From positions 749 through 64,748 of the forward strand of contig CAZQLD010000005.1 in the NCBI GenBank assembly GCA_964594115.1: a stretch of 64,000 nt of DNA, given 5' to 3'. The translations under genes and the position numbers were made by a program. Each line of letters opens with the position of its first letter. Within the stretch, counting starts at the first letter, position 1. This stretch comes from Candidatus Woesearchaeota archaeon. GTDB lineage: Archaea > Nanobdellota > Nanobdellia > Pacearchaeales > GW2011-AR1. Shown piece by piece: positions 1-8,493 of this stretch. The notes under the pieces were generated by a model that was not told the DNA's origin, searched no databases, and saw only the letters and a program-made list of their open reading frames with translations.

Positions 1-236
1 CCATCAAAATCAGGAGCATGCCATAAAGAGCTTCTTCCTGCGCTTTCATAAACCCAGTTATCTGGGGTGCCTGGCTTTTTCTGATTATAAAAACCATAAT
101 ACGCCTTACAGCTTAATTCTTCTTCACTTATCTGAGGGGCATCTCCAGAATAAGGATAATAATATTTATAATAAACTGCTCCAGCCGCAAGAACAACTCC
201 TAAAATTACAATTAAAATAATATATAGCTTTTTCAT
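1..236 (-). CDS. hypothetical signal-anchored protein, N-terminal part only (gene runs off the left edge)
   Basis: My reverse-strand translation from the ATG at 236-234 gives MKKLYIILIVILGVVLAAGAVYYKYYYPYSGDAPQISEEELSCKAYYGFYNQKKPGTPDNWVYESAGRSSLWHAPDFDG. It is open to the window edge and has a hydrophobic N-terminus. It is not in the ORF track because it is truncated. Confidence 0.45.
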   Translation of the reverse strand, partial: MKKLYIILIVILGVVLAAGAVYYKYYYPYSGDAPQISEEELSCKAYYGFYNQKKPGTPDNWVYESAGRSSLWHAPDFD

Positions 237-342
237 AATATATAATAGAAAAGCTATTTTATAAATACATCGATAGGTTCGAGAAAGATTGAAGTTAAGA
301 CATTACAATAATCTTTTTATAGTCTTAAAAATCTATCAAACA

Positions 343-921
343 ATGTATAATGTAAGATTAGTTATCGGAGATTTTTTTGAACAAAAAGTCATGCAGTTAT
401 TTAATCTAAATAGAACAGATATACATTCTAAAGGAATTTTTCCAGATTTAACCTCAAAAGATTATTCTTTTTGCGTAGAAGTAAAATCATCTTCTTATAG
501 TAATGGTGGTGTAATCAAAGAAAAACAATTATATGCTTTTGATGATATTATAAATTCAAGACGCTTCTATGCTTTTGTTTATCACTCAATTAGAAGAGAT
601 ATTCAAAAAAAATACCCCACAGAAAAACAACTAAGAAAAGCCTTAGATTTAAGATCTTTATTTTTATTCCCATTCAGTATTGCAAAAGCTCATTTCGAAA
701 ATTCTCAAAAAAGAAACTATCTAACAAATGATTATTTTGTACAATTAAAAGAATCTTCAGCAAAAAATATATTTGAAAAAGATTCTTTAGCATGGCAACA
801 TTTGGAACTGGATTCAAAAAAATACGAGAGATCTCGCCCGCATGAAAAAGTTCACATATTAACCAAGAAAGGAAATCTCAAAAAACAAATACTCTCTTCA
901 TTTAATCCTAACCTTCTTTAA
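343..921 (+). CDS. hypothetical protein with a PD-(D/E)xK nuclease-like motif
   Basis: The ORF track gives 289..921 from a TTG; the first ATG (MYNVRLVIGDFF) is at 343. The motif FPDL-x9-VEVKS fits the D...ExK restriction-endonuclease-fold pattern. No other recognisable domain. Confidence 0.4.
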   Translation: MYNVRLVIGDFFEQKVMQLFNLNRTDIHSKGIFPDLTSKDYSFCVEVKSSSYSNGGVIKEKQLYAFDDIINSRRFYAFVYHSIRRDIQKKYPTEKQLRKALDLRSLFLFPFSIAKAHFENSQKRNYLTNDYFVQLKESSAKNIFEKDSLAWQHLELDSKKYERSRPHEKVHILTKKGNLKKQILSSFNPNLL

Positions 922-926
922 TAATC

Positions 927-1724
927 TTAAACCCCTTCTTTAGCACCTTTTTCAACTTTTTTCTTTTCTTCTAATTCACCAGTAAAATCTTCTATATTTA
1001 ACTTTGCCTTTTCTCCTTTTGCTTTTAAATATTCTTTAGCAAGCAGATATAAGATTAATCCAATTGGTTTTGCTGCTTTATTATTGCAGGGAACTATCTT
1101 AGTTATCCCTCTTGTTAGATTATTTGTGTCACATAGTCCAATTACAGGTCTTTTAACTCTAATAGCATCATTTAAAGCATTTTTATCAAGCCAAGGGTCA
1201 CATATTATAACAAGTTCTGTTTCAAAAAAATCAGCTAATTGGGAATTTGTTATAATCCCTGCAGGATATTTTTTTGTAAAAACCCTGATTCCAGTAACTT
1301 CAGAAAATTTTTTAGCTGCTTTCCATCCAACCTCTCTTTTGCACGCTAAAAAAATATTTTTTGGTGTGAAATCTTTTAAAAATTCAACAGCTTCTTTTAG
1401 TTTCTCATCTATTGAGTGTGTGTTCAATACAGCCAATCCGTCAGCTCTTCTCTTATAAACAAACTGCCTCATATTAGGTGTTACAGCCCTGGTTCCGAGA
1501 TGAGCACTATATTTAACATAATCATCTAAAGGAAAAAGAGTTTTCTTAGATCTTTCTGTTTTTTTATCAATTACCTCTTCTTTCACATCTTTTTTTTCAA
1601 CTTTTTCTTCTTTTTCCATTTCTGCCTCTAGTTTTTTAGCTTTTTCTTTAATTTCTTCAATTTTTTTAGCTTTCTCTACTTCTAGTTTCTCTTTTTTATC
1701 TTCAGTTTTTTTCTTTCTAGGCAT
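927..1724 (-). CDS. rps2: 30S ribosomal protein S2 (uS2) with a ~65-aa Lys/Glu-rich N-terminal extension
   Basis: The core YSAHLGTRAVTPNMRQFVYKRRADGLAVLNTHSIDEKL...ICDPWLDKNALNDAIRVKRPVIGLCDTN is typical archaeal uS2. It sits next to enolase, as in the conserved archaeal cluster. Confidence 0.9.
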   Translation of the reverse strand: MPRKKKTEDKKEKLEVEKAKKIEEIKEKAKKLEAEMEKEEKVEKKDVKEEVIDKKTERSKKTLFPLDDYVKYSAHLGTRAVTPNMRQFVYKRRADGLAVLNTHSIDEKLKEAVEFLKDFTPKNIFLACKREVGWKAAKKFSEVTGIRVFTKKYPAGIITNSQLADFFETELVIICDPWLDKNALNDAIRVKRPVIGLCDTNNLTRGITKIVPCNNKAAKPIGLILYLLAKEYLKAKGEKAKLNIEDFTGELEEKKKVEKGAKEGV

Positions 1725-1754
1725 TTTATGATGGAATTTTTAGAAGAAGTTGAT

Positions 1755-2474
1755 TTATAAATATTTGGTTTTATAAGTGCTTAACAATTCTTTGTCTATT
1801 TTACTTAAAATTTCCAAAGAAGTTTTCTTGTCATAATCTCTAAAGTTCGATTTCCTTGTTTTTACTTTTCTCTCTAATTCTTTCAAAAAATCTAATTCCT
1901 TTTTTGTAAAAAAATTTCTATTTTTCAATAAAACTTTTTTAAATTCCCAAATCTTTTTTCTGTTTTTTGTATAATTTAAGAGTGAGAGTCTTTTTCTTAT
2001 TGATAAGAAGGCCCATTTTAATGCCTTAAACTTTCTTAATCTATTTAAAACATTTTTTTCATATCTCATTTTTTTCTTTAAAGCAGAGATATTTGTTTTT
2101 TCAAGAGGGCCTTTTTTTCTGAATTTTTCTAAAAATTTATCATATTCTTCTGTCTTGTATAAAATTTTGCCAGTTTTAGTTAAGGCCATATAACTTGCCC
2201 AGTGCTCTGCACCACCCCTTTTAGAAAGATAATTCAACGTACAAAAATAATGAAGATCTATTCTTTTAAAAATTTTTTTAATTGAAGATTTTCCTTTTTG
2301 AACCTTATCTTTAAAGATAATGATTATATCATAATCACTTTCTTTCTTATTAAAATAATCTAAACCGTATGAACCACAAATCACTACTGCAGCAAGATTA
2401 TCAAACTTTTTTCTACAATAAAGAATAAATTTTTTCAAATAAGGATCTTTGTTCATTTTACAAACTTTTCTCAA
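1755..2474 (-). CDS. nucleotidyltransferase-domain protein (minimal NTase head plus helical C-terminal domain)
   Basis: VVICGSYGLDYFNKKESDYDIIIIF matches the G-S...D-x-D Pol-beta-type NTase signature. An alternative start (MNKDPYL, ATG at 2456) would abut the enolase stop at 2458. Confidence 0.6.
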   Translation of the reverse strand: MRKVCKMNKDPYLKKFILYCRKKFDNLAAVVICGSYGLDYFNKKESDYDIIIIFKDKVQKGKSSIKKIFKRIDLHYFCTLNYLSKRGGAEHWASYMALTKTGKILYKTEEYDKFLEKFRKKGPLEKTNISALKKKMRYEKNVLNRLRKFKALKWAFLSIRKRLSLLNYTKNRKKIWEFKKVLLKNRNFFTKKELDFLKELERKVKTRKSNFRDYDKKTSLEILSKIDKELLSTYKTKYL

Positions 2475-3627
2475 TCTCTATTATTCTTTTCAACTTAGCC
2501 TCTCTTTCTTTGCCAAAAATACCTGTTTTAATAAAATCAGCCCTCCATGCTACAGAAAGATCAGCTATAGTGCTATCCAAAGTTTCTCCACTTCTATGAG
2601 AAAAAATTATCTTTATTTCCTTTTTATGGCAGAAATCACAAATCTCTTTAACTTTTAAAAGAGAACCATTTTGGTTTGGTTTCACAATAAGGGCATTAAT
2701 ACTTTTATTTTGTGTAGCTTTTTTCAGCCTTGTTAAGTTTGTCACAGTTAAGTCATCTCCAACTATCAAACTATTTGTCTTTTTACTTAGTTCAGAAAAA
2801 CCATAAAAATCCTCTTGTTCAAGAGGGTCTTCAATATAGGATAAACCATACTCTCCTGCTAATTCAGTAACATAATTAATTTGTTGTTCTTTATTTAATC
2901 TTTGCCTTTCATTTTTATAGTTATAAAATTTTCCTGTATAAAATGTTGAGGCAGCTAGGTCTATCCCTACATCTATCCATTCTCCAAATTGTTTTTTAAT
3001 AGTATGTTGAATAATGCTCATTATTCCCAGTATTTTTTCATTACTAAGGGAGGTATGCCAAGCACCTTCATCACTAATTTTACTTGCATCTAAAAGTTCA
3101 CAAGCTATCCTATAAGCCTGTTTATTAATAAAAACCCTATCAAAAAAATTCTTAGCTCTGCTTATAAATAAAAACTCCTGAAAGTCTGCTTTTTTTCCTT
3201 TTGTAGGGCCGTGTACCCCTCCACCAATAGCATTACCAACTGGCAAAGGGAGCTTTTTTAGATTCCCTTTTGAAAGAAACTGCCATAATTCTTTTCCTTG
3301 TTCAGCTGCGAGAGCCTTCAAGATTGAAGATTCCAGAGCAAATAAACTATTAGCACCTATTTTCATTTCAACAAGCCCTTCTACGTCTTTTAAATCCTGA
3401 AATTTTCCCAGATTTAAGCTGTTAAGATCTTCTAGCTTTAGGCTTTTAATAAAATCAATATCATGTTGCACATTTATTACATAAGGTCTAGCCTCAAACC
3501 TTCCTCTGCTTTTGCCACTTGGTGCACTTGAAATAAAAACCCCTTTATCAGTTTCTATAGAAATCTCTATAGTAGGCTCCCTCCTAGAATTCAGTATTCT
3601 TTTTGCACCAATCTTTTGTATTTTCAT
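2458..3627 (-). CDS. eno: enolase (short, divergent)
   Basis: SHRSGETLDSTIADLSVA matches the enolase signature. Metal and catalytic positions IDLAAS, YIEDP, GDDL and VKPNQNGS are present. The N-terminus ILNSRREPTIEISIE...PSGKSRGRFEA also fits. Confidence 0.85.
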   Translation of the reverse strand: MKIQKIGAKRILNSRREPTIEISIETDKGVFISSAPSGKSRGRFEARPYVINVQHDIDFIKSLKLEDLNSLNLGKFQDLKDVEGLVEMKIGANSLFALESSILKALAAEQGKELWQFLSKGNLKKLPLPVGNAIGGGVHGPTKGKKADFQEFLFISRAKNFFDRVFINKQAYRIACELLDASKISDEGAWHTSLSNEKILGIMSIIQHTIKKQFGEWIDVGIDLAASTFYTGKFYNYKNERQRLNKEQQINYVTELAGEYGLSYIEDPLEQEDFYGFSELSKKTNSLIVGDDLTVTNLTRLKKATQNKSINALIVKPNQNGSLLKVKEICDFCHKKEIKIIFSHRSGETLDSTIADLSVAWRADFIKTGIFGKEREAKLKRIIEIEKSL

Positions 3628-3727
3628 GAAAATACGAGGGAAAAAGGGTTTTTAAGGTTTTATAAAGAATCTATTAATATATACTCTATAAGATAAATTC
3701 TTTTAAATTTACAATTAATATGCATTT

Positions 3728-4702
3728 ATGACCGTAATTGTAGGATTAGAAACTACTGTAGGGGAAAAGGCAGTCGTTGTTGGTTCTGATAGATCGATTG
3801 TTAGCGACGACAGATTAATTAGGGGTTGCATAAATCATATTGTAAAAAATCCTTATCATTCCATATCTAATTTTTTTCATTTTCTTCAAGAAAAAGGTCT
3901 TGATAAAGTAAAACTCAGCCCTACAAGAAAAATTCAAACTTCTGATGATAAAAGGGTATTGGCACATACAGGAAGTTCTGAAGAGTCACATAATCAAATT
4001 AGTAAGCTTCTTCTTAAAACTGAGGATTTTTTAAAAGAAGACTCTCTTTTAAAACAAATACTTTTTCCAATAGGATGTTCAAAAGAATTAGCAAATGAAT
4101 ATTTAAGAATTTATAAAAGACATTTTAATATAGATCAAAGATTGTGTGCCAAGCATATTCCAGAAATAAGGAGGATTTTTGATATTCATACTGCGAAATT
4201 AAGAACAGTTAATGCAGGGCCTTTTAGCATAGCGCTTTGGGACAGAAATTATCATCCAGTACTCAGTGAATATTTATTCGCAAAGTTATTTGAGGGAGAA
4301 CCTAAATTATTTGAAATTACCAAAACAGGAGTCGTAACAACAAGACAATATTTTGTAAAGGGCAGTGGAAGACCCTATGCCTTTCAACATATAAGGTATC
4401 GTTTAGAGACTTCTGAGTTCCCTTTTTTATATGCATCAGAAACTGGAATTGAAAAACCTGTTGATTTAGAAATGGCAGTTAAAGTAGTTAGAGAATCAAT
4501 AGAATATGCGAATTATTGCAGTCCTTTTTGCAAGGGATTTGATTATGCTATTTTCACAAGAGACAAAATTGAAGAACACTTTAGTAATGAAAAATTTTCT
4601 TATGAACTCAACATAATTGATTTAATTGATAAAAGATTAAATGAATTACTTAAAGAACAAAACAATCTTAAAAAAATTAAAGCGCGTTATTTAACTAATT
4701 AA
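3728..4702 (+). CDS. proteasome-beta/HslV-like Ntn-hydrolase homolog (divergent, 324 aa, with insertions and a C-terminal extension)
   Basis: The N-terminus M-TVIVGLETTVGEKAVVVGSDRS parallels the mature proteasome beta start TT(I/V)VG...G(V)V(L)AADxR. A later RKIQTSDDKRVLAHTGSSEES resembles K33-x-(F/L)-x-I-D...AG..AD. Thr directly follows Met, so there is no propeptide. Confidence 0.45.
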   Translation: MTVIVGLETTVGEKAVVVGSDRSIVSDDRLIRGCINHIVKNPYHSISNFFHFLQEKGLDKVKLSPTRKIQTSDDKRVLAHTGSSEESHNQISKLLLKTEDFLKEDSLLKQILFPIGCSKELANEYLRIYKRHFNIDQRLCAKHIPEIRRIFDIHTAKLRTVNAGPFSIALWDRNYHPVLSEYLFAKLFEGEPKLFEITKTGVVTTRQYFVKGSGRPYAFQHIRYRLETSEFPFLYASETGIEKPVDLEMAVKVVRESIEYANYCSPFCKGFDYAIFTRDKIEEHFSNEKFSYELNIIDLIDKRLNELLKEQNNLKKIKARYLTN

Positions 4703-5133
4703 ATTCCCTCTTCAACTCCACCTACAGATTCTTCAATCTCATCTTCTGGCCTTGCCAGCTCCATGATTTCACCTTCTTCTTTTATCTTTTTAACTTCAAT
4801 TTTCTTTTTCTGCTCGATTTTTTTATCTTCTGCTTCAGCTTCTTTCTTCATTTCCTCTTCCTTCTTTTTTTCTATTTCTTCTGCTTCTTCTTTACTTATT
4901 TTTTGTATTTCTTCTTTTCCTCTTAAAGGAAAAGGCCTTTTGACTGTTATTGGTAGTACTTCTCCTTCAAATTCAAGTTCAGCAATTTTTAGAACATCAT
5001 AATTAATTTCTTCTAATTTTTTCTTATCTATTTTTAAGAGTACAGGAGCATCCATTGCTAATTGGAGAGCTCTGGCTCCTAGAATTCTTGCAATTTCATA
5101 CTTTGTAAACTTTTCTTGCATTTTTTCTATCAT
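4699..5133 (-). CDS. rpoK: DNA-directed RNA polymerase subunit K (Rpo6) with a long acidic/Lys-rich C-terminal tail
   Basis: FTKYEIARILGARALQLAMDAPVLL is the conserved Rpo6/omega core. The remaining ~80 aa are E/K-rich low complexity. Confidence 0.8.
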   Translation of the reverse strand: MIEKMQEKFTKYEIARILGARALQLAMDAPVLLKIDKKKLEEINYDVLKIAELEFEGEVLPITVKRPFPLRGKEEIQKISKEEAEEIEKKKEEEMKKEAEAEDKKIEQKKKIEVKKIKEEGEIMELARPEDEIEESVGGVEEGI

Positions 5134-5134
5134 T

Positions 5135-5533
5135 TTAAACTAATGCTCCTGACATTTCATAATTATGTGTGGCTTCCAAATCTGAGACATTGAGTTCAGG
5201 ATAAAGAGCAGCCATTCCATTTTTAAATCCAAGTTCTGCCAACATTTGTGCTCTTTTTAAACCATTACTATATCCTCCAATAGCCAAGACTCTTTCATAT
5301 CCCTCTTGAGTTAATTTTTCTAGCATAAAGTGTTTAGACTTTGACAAACTTACTTTATAAGGTATAAAGTTTGAGGGTGCAATACCTAATCTTTTAATTA
5401 ATGTAATAAACTCTACTGGGTTTTTTAAAATATCAATTACTTTTGTTTTTCCTTCAATACCTTCCTTAGCACTCTCTCTTACACCTAGTCCCCCTAATGC
5501 ACTTGCAAATTTTTTTGAAAACACTGTTTCCAT
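5135..5533 (-). CDS. conserved hypothetical protein (132 aa), co-transcribed upstream of rpoK
   Basis: Its stop lies 1 nt from the rpoK ATG. Composition looks non-repetitive and globular. I found no recognisable motif. Confidence 0.5.
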   Translation of the reverse strand: METVFSKKFASALGGLGVRESAKEGIEGKTKVIDILKNPVEFITLIKRLGIAPSNFIPYKVSLSKSKHFMLEKLTQEGYERVLAIGGYSNGLKRAQMLAELGFKNGMAALYPELNVSDLEATHNYEMSGALV

Positions 5534-5544
5534 CTTAATTTTCT

Positions 5545-6375
5545 TTATTTCTTTGCTTTTAAATTTTTTTCTATTTTATCAAAAAGCTCTTTTTCAATTT
5601 CTTTATATTTTTTTTCAGCAGCATCTATTATTTTTATGATTTCTTCTTGTGAAAAAGGAACCTCTCCGCCTTTTTGCATAGCATTGACCATGATTTCTTT
5701 TTTGCCATGCGATAAAGCTATACTGAGTCTTGTATCACTAGCCTCTTCCTCTTCTCTAGAAGGGTCTAAAATAATTGCTTTTCCTATCTTATGGAAAGTA
5801 AAGGTTATTGGAATATCTTTTGTTAAAGGAAGCTTTTTAGTTGTAAGTTCACCAAAAACAACTTTCTCTTGTTTTTCATCATATTTTGGAATTTTTGCAT
5901 TTAGTAAAGCAGTAATTGCAGCTAGAGCGCCTGCGTCTAAAAGATTACCATCATCATTTATAGAGTATAAATCAATAAAGACAGTCCATACTTTTTCTCC
6001 TTTTTTTACACATAATTTTTTAAAATCAATTAAACCACTCTCTCTTATTCCCCTATCTATAATCCTTGCTGTTTCTATGGCATTTATTCTTGGTGGCCCG
6101 TATTCAAAATTTTCAGAACTTAAAGGAAGAAGTTCCATTGTAGTCATCATTGTTCCTTCATCTTCATGATCTGGATAGGGTTCTCCAAGGCCCATTTTAA
6201 CACCTGCAATAACCTCTGTATCTCCCATTTTGACTCTTGCGCTTCCTTCAGCATTATTACTTACACAGGGCTCAATTTCTATATTTCTATGGTCCAAAAG
6301 CTTTCTTCCATCAAATCTTTTTCCAGCTTCTAAATAATCTTTTATTCTTTTTTTTGTTAAGTTTGGAACATCCAT
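5545..6375 (-). CDS. rrp42: exosome complex component Rrp42 (RNase PH-like, non-catalytic)
   Basis: RFDGRKLLDHRNIEIEPCVSNNAEGSARVKMGDTEVIAGVK. Lies directly downstream of rrp41 and rrp4. Confidence 0.9.
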   Translation of the reverse strand: MDVPNLTKKRIKDYLEAGKRFDGRKLLDHRNIEIEPCVSNNAEGSARVKMGDTEVIAGVKMGLGEPYPDHEDEGTMMTTMELLPLSSENFEYGPPRINAIETARIIDRGIRESGLIDFKKLCVKKGEKVWTVFIDLYSINDDGNLLDAGALAAITALLNAKIPKYDEKQEKVVFGELTTKKLPLTKDIPITFTFHKIGKAIILDPSREEEEASDTRLSIALSHGKKEIMVNAMQKGGEVPFSQEEIIKIIDAAEKKYKEIEKELFDKIEKNLKAKK

Positions 6376-6376
6376 T

Positions 6377-7078
6377 TTATTCTCCTTTAACCTCTTTTAA
6401 TGTTTTTTTCTGTAATTCATAAACTTTTTCACAAGCTTTTTTTCCAGCCTCAATAATTTCTTTTAATTTTTTAGTCTGGGCTTTACCATCCAACTGAAGA
6501 AGGGTTATTTTTCCGCTTTCACTTAAAAAAGCTAGAGGTATATCAGTTGAGCCCTCTCCCTCTTTATAATCCTCTTCTTCTTTAATTAAATCAATAACTA
6601 TTTTATCATCCACTTTTCCAATAGAAACTGCAGAGACAAGTTCTTTCATAGGAACCCCTGCATGGGCTAGAGCCAAAGCAGCAGCATTTATTCCAGCACA
6701 TCTTGTAGATGCATTAGCTTGCAATATGACAATATGAACATCTACTACTGTATTTTGAAAATTATCTATTTTTAATGCTGGAGCAAGAGCCCATTCTGTA
6801 ACCTTGCTAATCTCTTGACCTCTTCTAGAAGGTCCAGGCCTTTTTCTTTCATTTACAGAAAAAGAAATCATATCATAATTCACTCTCAAAACTCCTTTTT
6901 CAGGGTCTTGTAAATGTTGAGGATGTAGTGGTTTAGGGCCATAAACAGAAGCTATAGCTATTGTATCTCCAAAAGCAAATAAAGCTGAACCATCTGCTCT
7001 TGGAACAACCCCTACTTTAGCTTTCATTTCTCTCATTTCATCAAATTTTCTTCCATCTGGTCTTTTTGTGAATGCCAC
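6377..7078 (-). CDS. rrp41: exosome complex exonuclease Rrp41 (RNase PH-like)
   Basis: RPDGRKFDEMREMKAKVGVVPRADGSALFAFGDTIAIASVYGP...STRCAGINAAALALAHAG. Confidence 0.9.
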   Translation of the reverse strand: MAFTKRPDGRKFDEMREMKAKVGVVPRADGSALFAFGDTIAIASVYGPKPLHPQHLQDPEKGVLRVNYDMISFSVNERKRPGPSRRGQEISKVTEWALAPALKIDNFQNTVVDVHIVILQANASTRCAGINAAALALAHAGVPMKELVSAVSIGKVDDKIVIDLIKEEEDYKEGEGSTDIPLAFLSESGKITLLQLDGKAQTKKLKEIIEAGKKACEKVYELQKKTLKEVKGE

Positions 7079-7079
7079 C

Positions 7080-7820
7080 TTACTTTTCCTCCTTTGATTT
7101 TTTATTTTTTTCCAGCCATTCTTTTGTTTTTTCAGTTAATCCTTCAATAAAAGATTTTTCTGTAACAAACAAAATAGCTTTTTTTGCAAAAAGTTCATTT
7201 TCTATTTTATTTCCTCTAATCCATATTATCCCATTCTGTCCTACAGTAATATCACAATTTGACTCTTTTTTAATTAAATTAATCATGCTTCCTTCCTTCC
7301 CAATAACTCTTGGAACTTTATTGCTGTTAATATGTATAATTATTCCTCCCTCTAGCTTGCCTAAATTTCTTCCTTTAGCAGTTAGATCAATCCCTTTTCT
7401 TTTTACACTTAAAACCTTAACTGCTATCATGTCTCCAATACTGTAACATTCTGAAAGGTCATTTTTATTTACAAATTTTGAGCATTCCATAATTGATAAA
7501 AAAGATTGATAAGGTGCATTTGTATCTATAATCCATCCATTAAATGTTATATCAAGAACTTTTCCAATAACTACATTTCCTTTTCTTGGAATATAAATTC
7601 CTGAAAGCGGGATTATTTTCACAAGTCTCCCGGATTTGTCTGCTAAACCAAATCTTGATGCTATAATATTCTTGCCCTCTCTTTCTGTCCATTCTCCTGG
7701 TAAATAATCTTCTCCAGATACAATAATCTCTCCTGGAACAACAATCTCTCTTTTCTCTTTTTCATTTTTTTCTTCTTTTTCTTGTTTTGATATCATCTTA
7801 CTCTTCCTTAATTTCTTCAC
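7080..7820 (-). CDS. rrp4: exosome complex RNA-binding protein Rrp4 (S1 + KH)
   Basis: VVPGEIIVSGEDYLPGEWT...IYIPRKGNVVIGKVLDI (S1 domain) and VPRVIGKEGSMINLIKKESNCDITVGQNG (KH domain). An alternative start at the ATG at 7796 (MISKQ) would remove the 23-nt overlap with the SBDS gene. Confidence 0.88.
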   Translation of the reverse strand: MKKLRKSKMISKQEKEEKNEKEKREIVVPGEIIVSGEDYLPGEWTEREGKNIIASRFGLADKSGRLVKIIPLSGIYIPRKGNVVIGKVLDITFNGWIIDTNAPYQSFLSIMECSKFVNKNDLSECYSIGDMIAVKVLSVKRKGIDLTAKGRNLGKLEGGIIIHINSNKVPRVIGKEGSMINLIKKESNCDITVGQNGIIWIRGNKIENELFAKKAILFVTEKSFIEGLTEKTKEWLEKNKKSKEEK

Positions 7821-8481
7821 TTATAGCAGAGCCATGAGTTATTGCATTTAGTTTGTCATAAAAATCTTCCTGTAAGCCTACTGGTATATAAACTATACAC
7901 TCTAAGTCGCCATTTGAAAGCCATTTTTCAGTTTCTTTATATTCTGACAATAAACCATAAACTCTTCCAGTATGCTCTGAAGAGATTCTTAGCTTTAATT
8001 TTTTAGTCTGTATTTTTATTGGCAAGATAGCTTTAATTTTTTCAATAGTTTTTGTAATTTGTTGTTCTATAGGCTTATTATCTATGCTTATTCCAGCCTC
8101 ATCAATAGCAGCTGAGATTCTATCTGCTGTATGTGGCTTATCTGTCCTAGGATCAATAGCATGTCTTGCTAAAAAGTCAACTATTTGTTTTTTCTTGCCC
8201 TCTCTTTCTTTATCTCTGTATTCTTTTGGAATCTGAATTTCTCCTTGTTTAATTATTTTCTCTGCAACTTCGTTTATATTAGAAGTCCCAAAAGCTTCTT
8301 CTAAATCTGCATCTGACACATGTAATCCTTTTTTAGAATCATGAAATATTTTTTCAATGTTCAAAACCTCTGCTACACTCCCAAGTCGGCCTTTTTTAAA
8401 TGCTAATGCTTTATCCATATCAACTAAAATCTCATAATCTTTTCCTTTAATCCTTATTCTAGCTATAACATCCATTTTCAA
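7798..8481 (-). CDS. SBDS/Sdo1-family ribosome maturation protein
   Basis: ARIRIKGKDYEILVDMDKALAFKKG...IFHDSKKGLHVSDADLEEAFGT. Occupies the canonical superoperon position between psmA and rrp4. Confidence 0.88.
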   Translation of the reverse strand: MKMDVIARIRIKGKDYEILVDMDKALAFKKGRLGSVAEVLNIEKIFHDSKKGLHVSDADLEEAFGTSNINEVAEKIIKQGEIQIPKEYRDKEREGKKKQIVDFLARHAIDPRTDKPHTADRISAAIDEAGISIDNKPIEQQITKTIEKIKAILPIKIQTKKLKLRISSEHTGRVYGLLSEYKETEKWLSNGDLECIVYIPVGLQEDFYDKLNAITHGSAISEEIKEE

Positions 8482-8493
8482 TAAGTAATAATC

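Noticed and set aside
1084-1458. 124-aa plus-strand ORF inside the rps2 locus, and many similar antisense ORFs. Examples: 4763-5002, 5636-6169, 7072-7446, 12008-12307, 12971-13231, 14703-14999, 19011-19352, 19874-20113, 25788-26069, 38921-39217, 47979-48434, 49648-50007 and 53456-53770.
   Set aside because: Each lies antisense to a gene with strong motif support. Their translations are S/F/L/I-rich low complexity, as expected from reading K/E/N-rich AT-biased genes backwards.
1755-2474. Calling the NTase a HEPN-MNT toxin-antitoxin fusion on the basis of an R-GGAE-H string.
   Set aside because: A single Rx4H occurrence in the middle of the protein, without the surrounding HEPN helical context, is not sufficient evidence. 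It is left as a generic nucleotidyltransferase.
5135-5533. Assigning the 132-aa gene upstream of rpoK to rpoN, rps9, rpl13 or L7Ae by synteny.
   Set aside because: The sequence shows none of the signatures I know for those proteins (no RpoN Zn-finger, no S9 C-terminal basic tail, no L7Ae core). It is kept as hypothetical.
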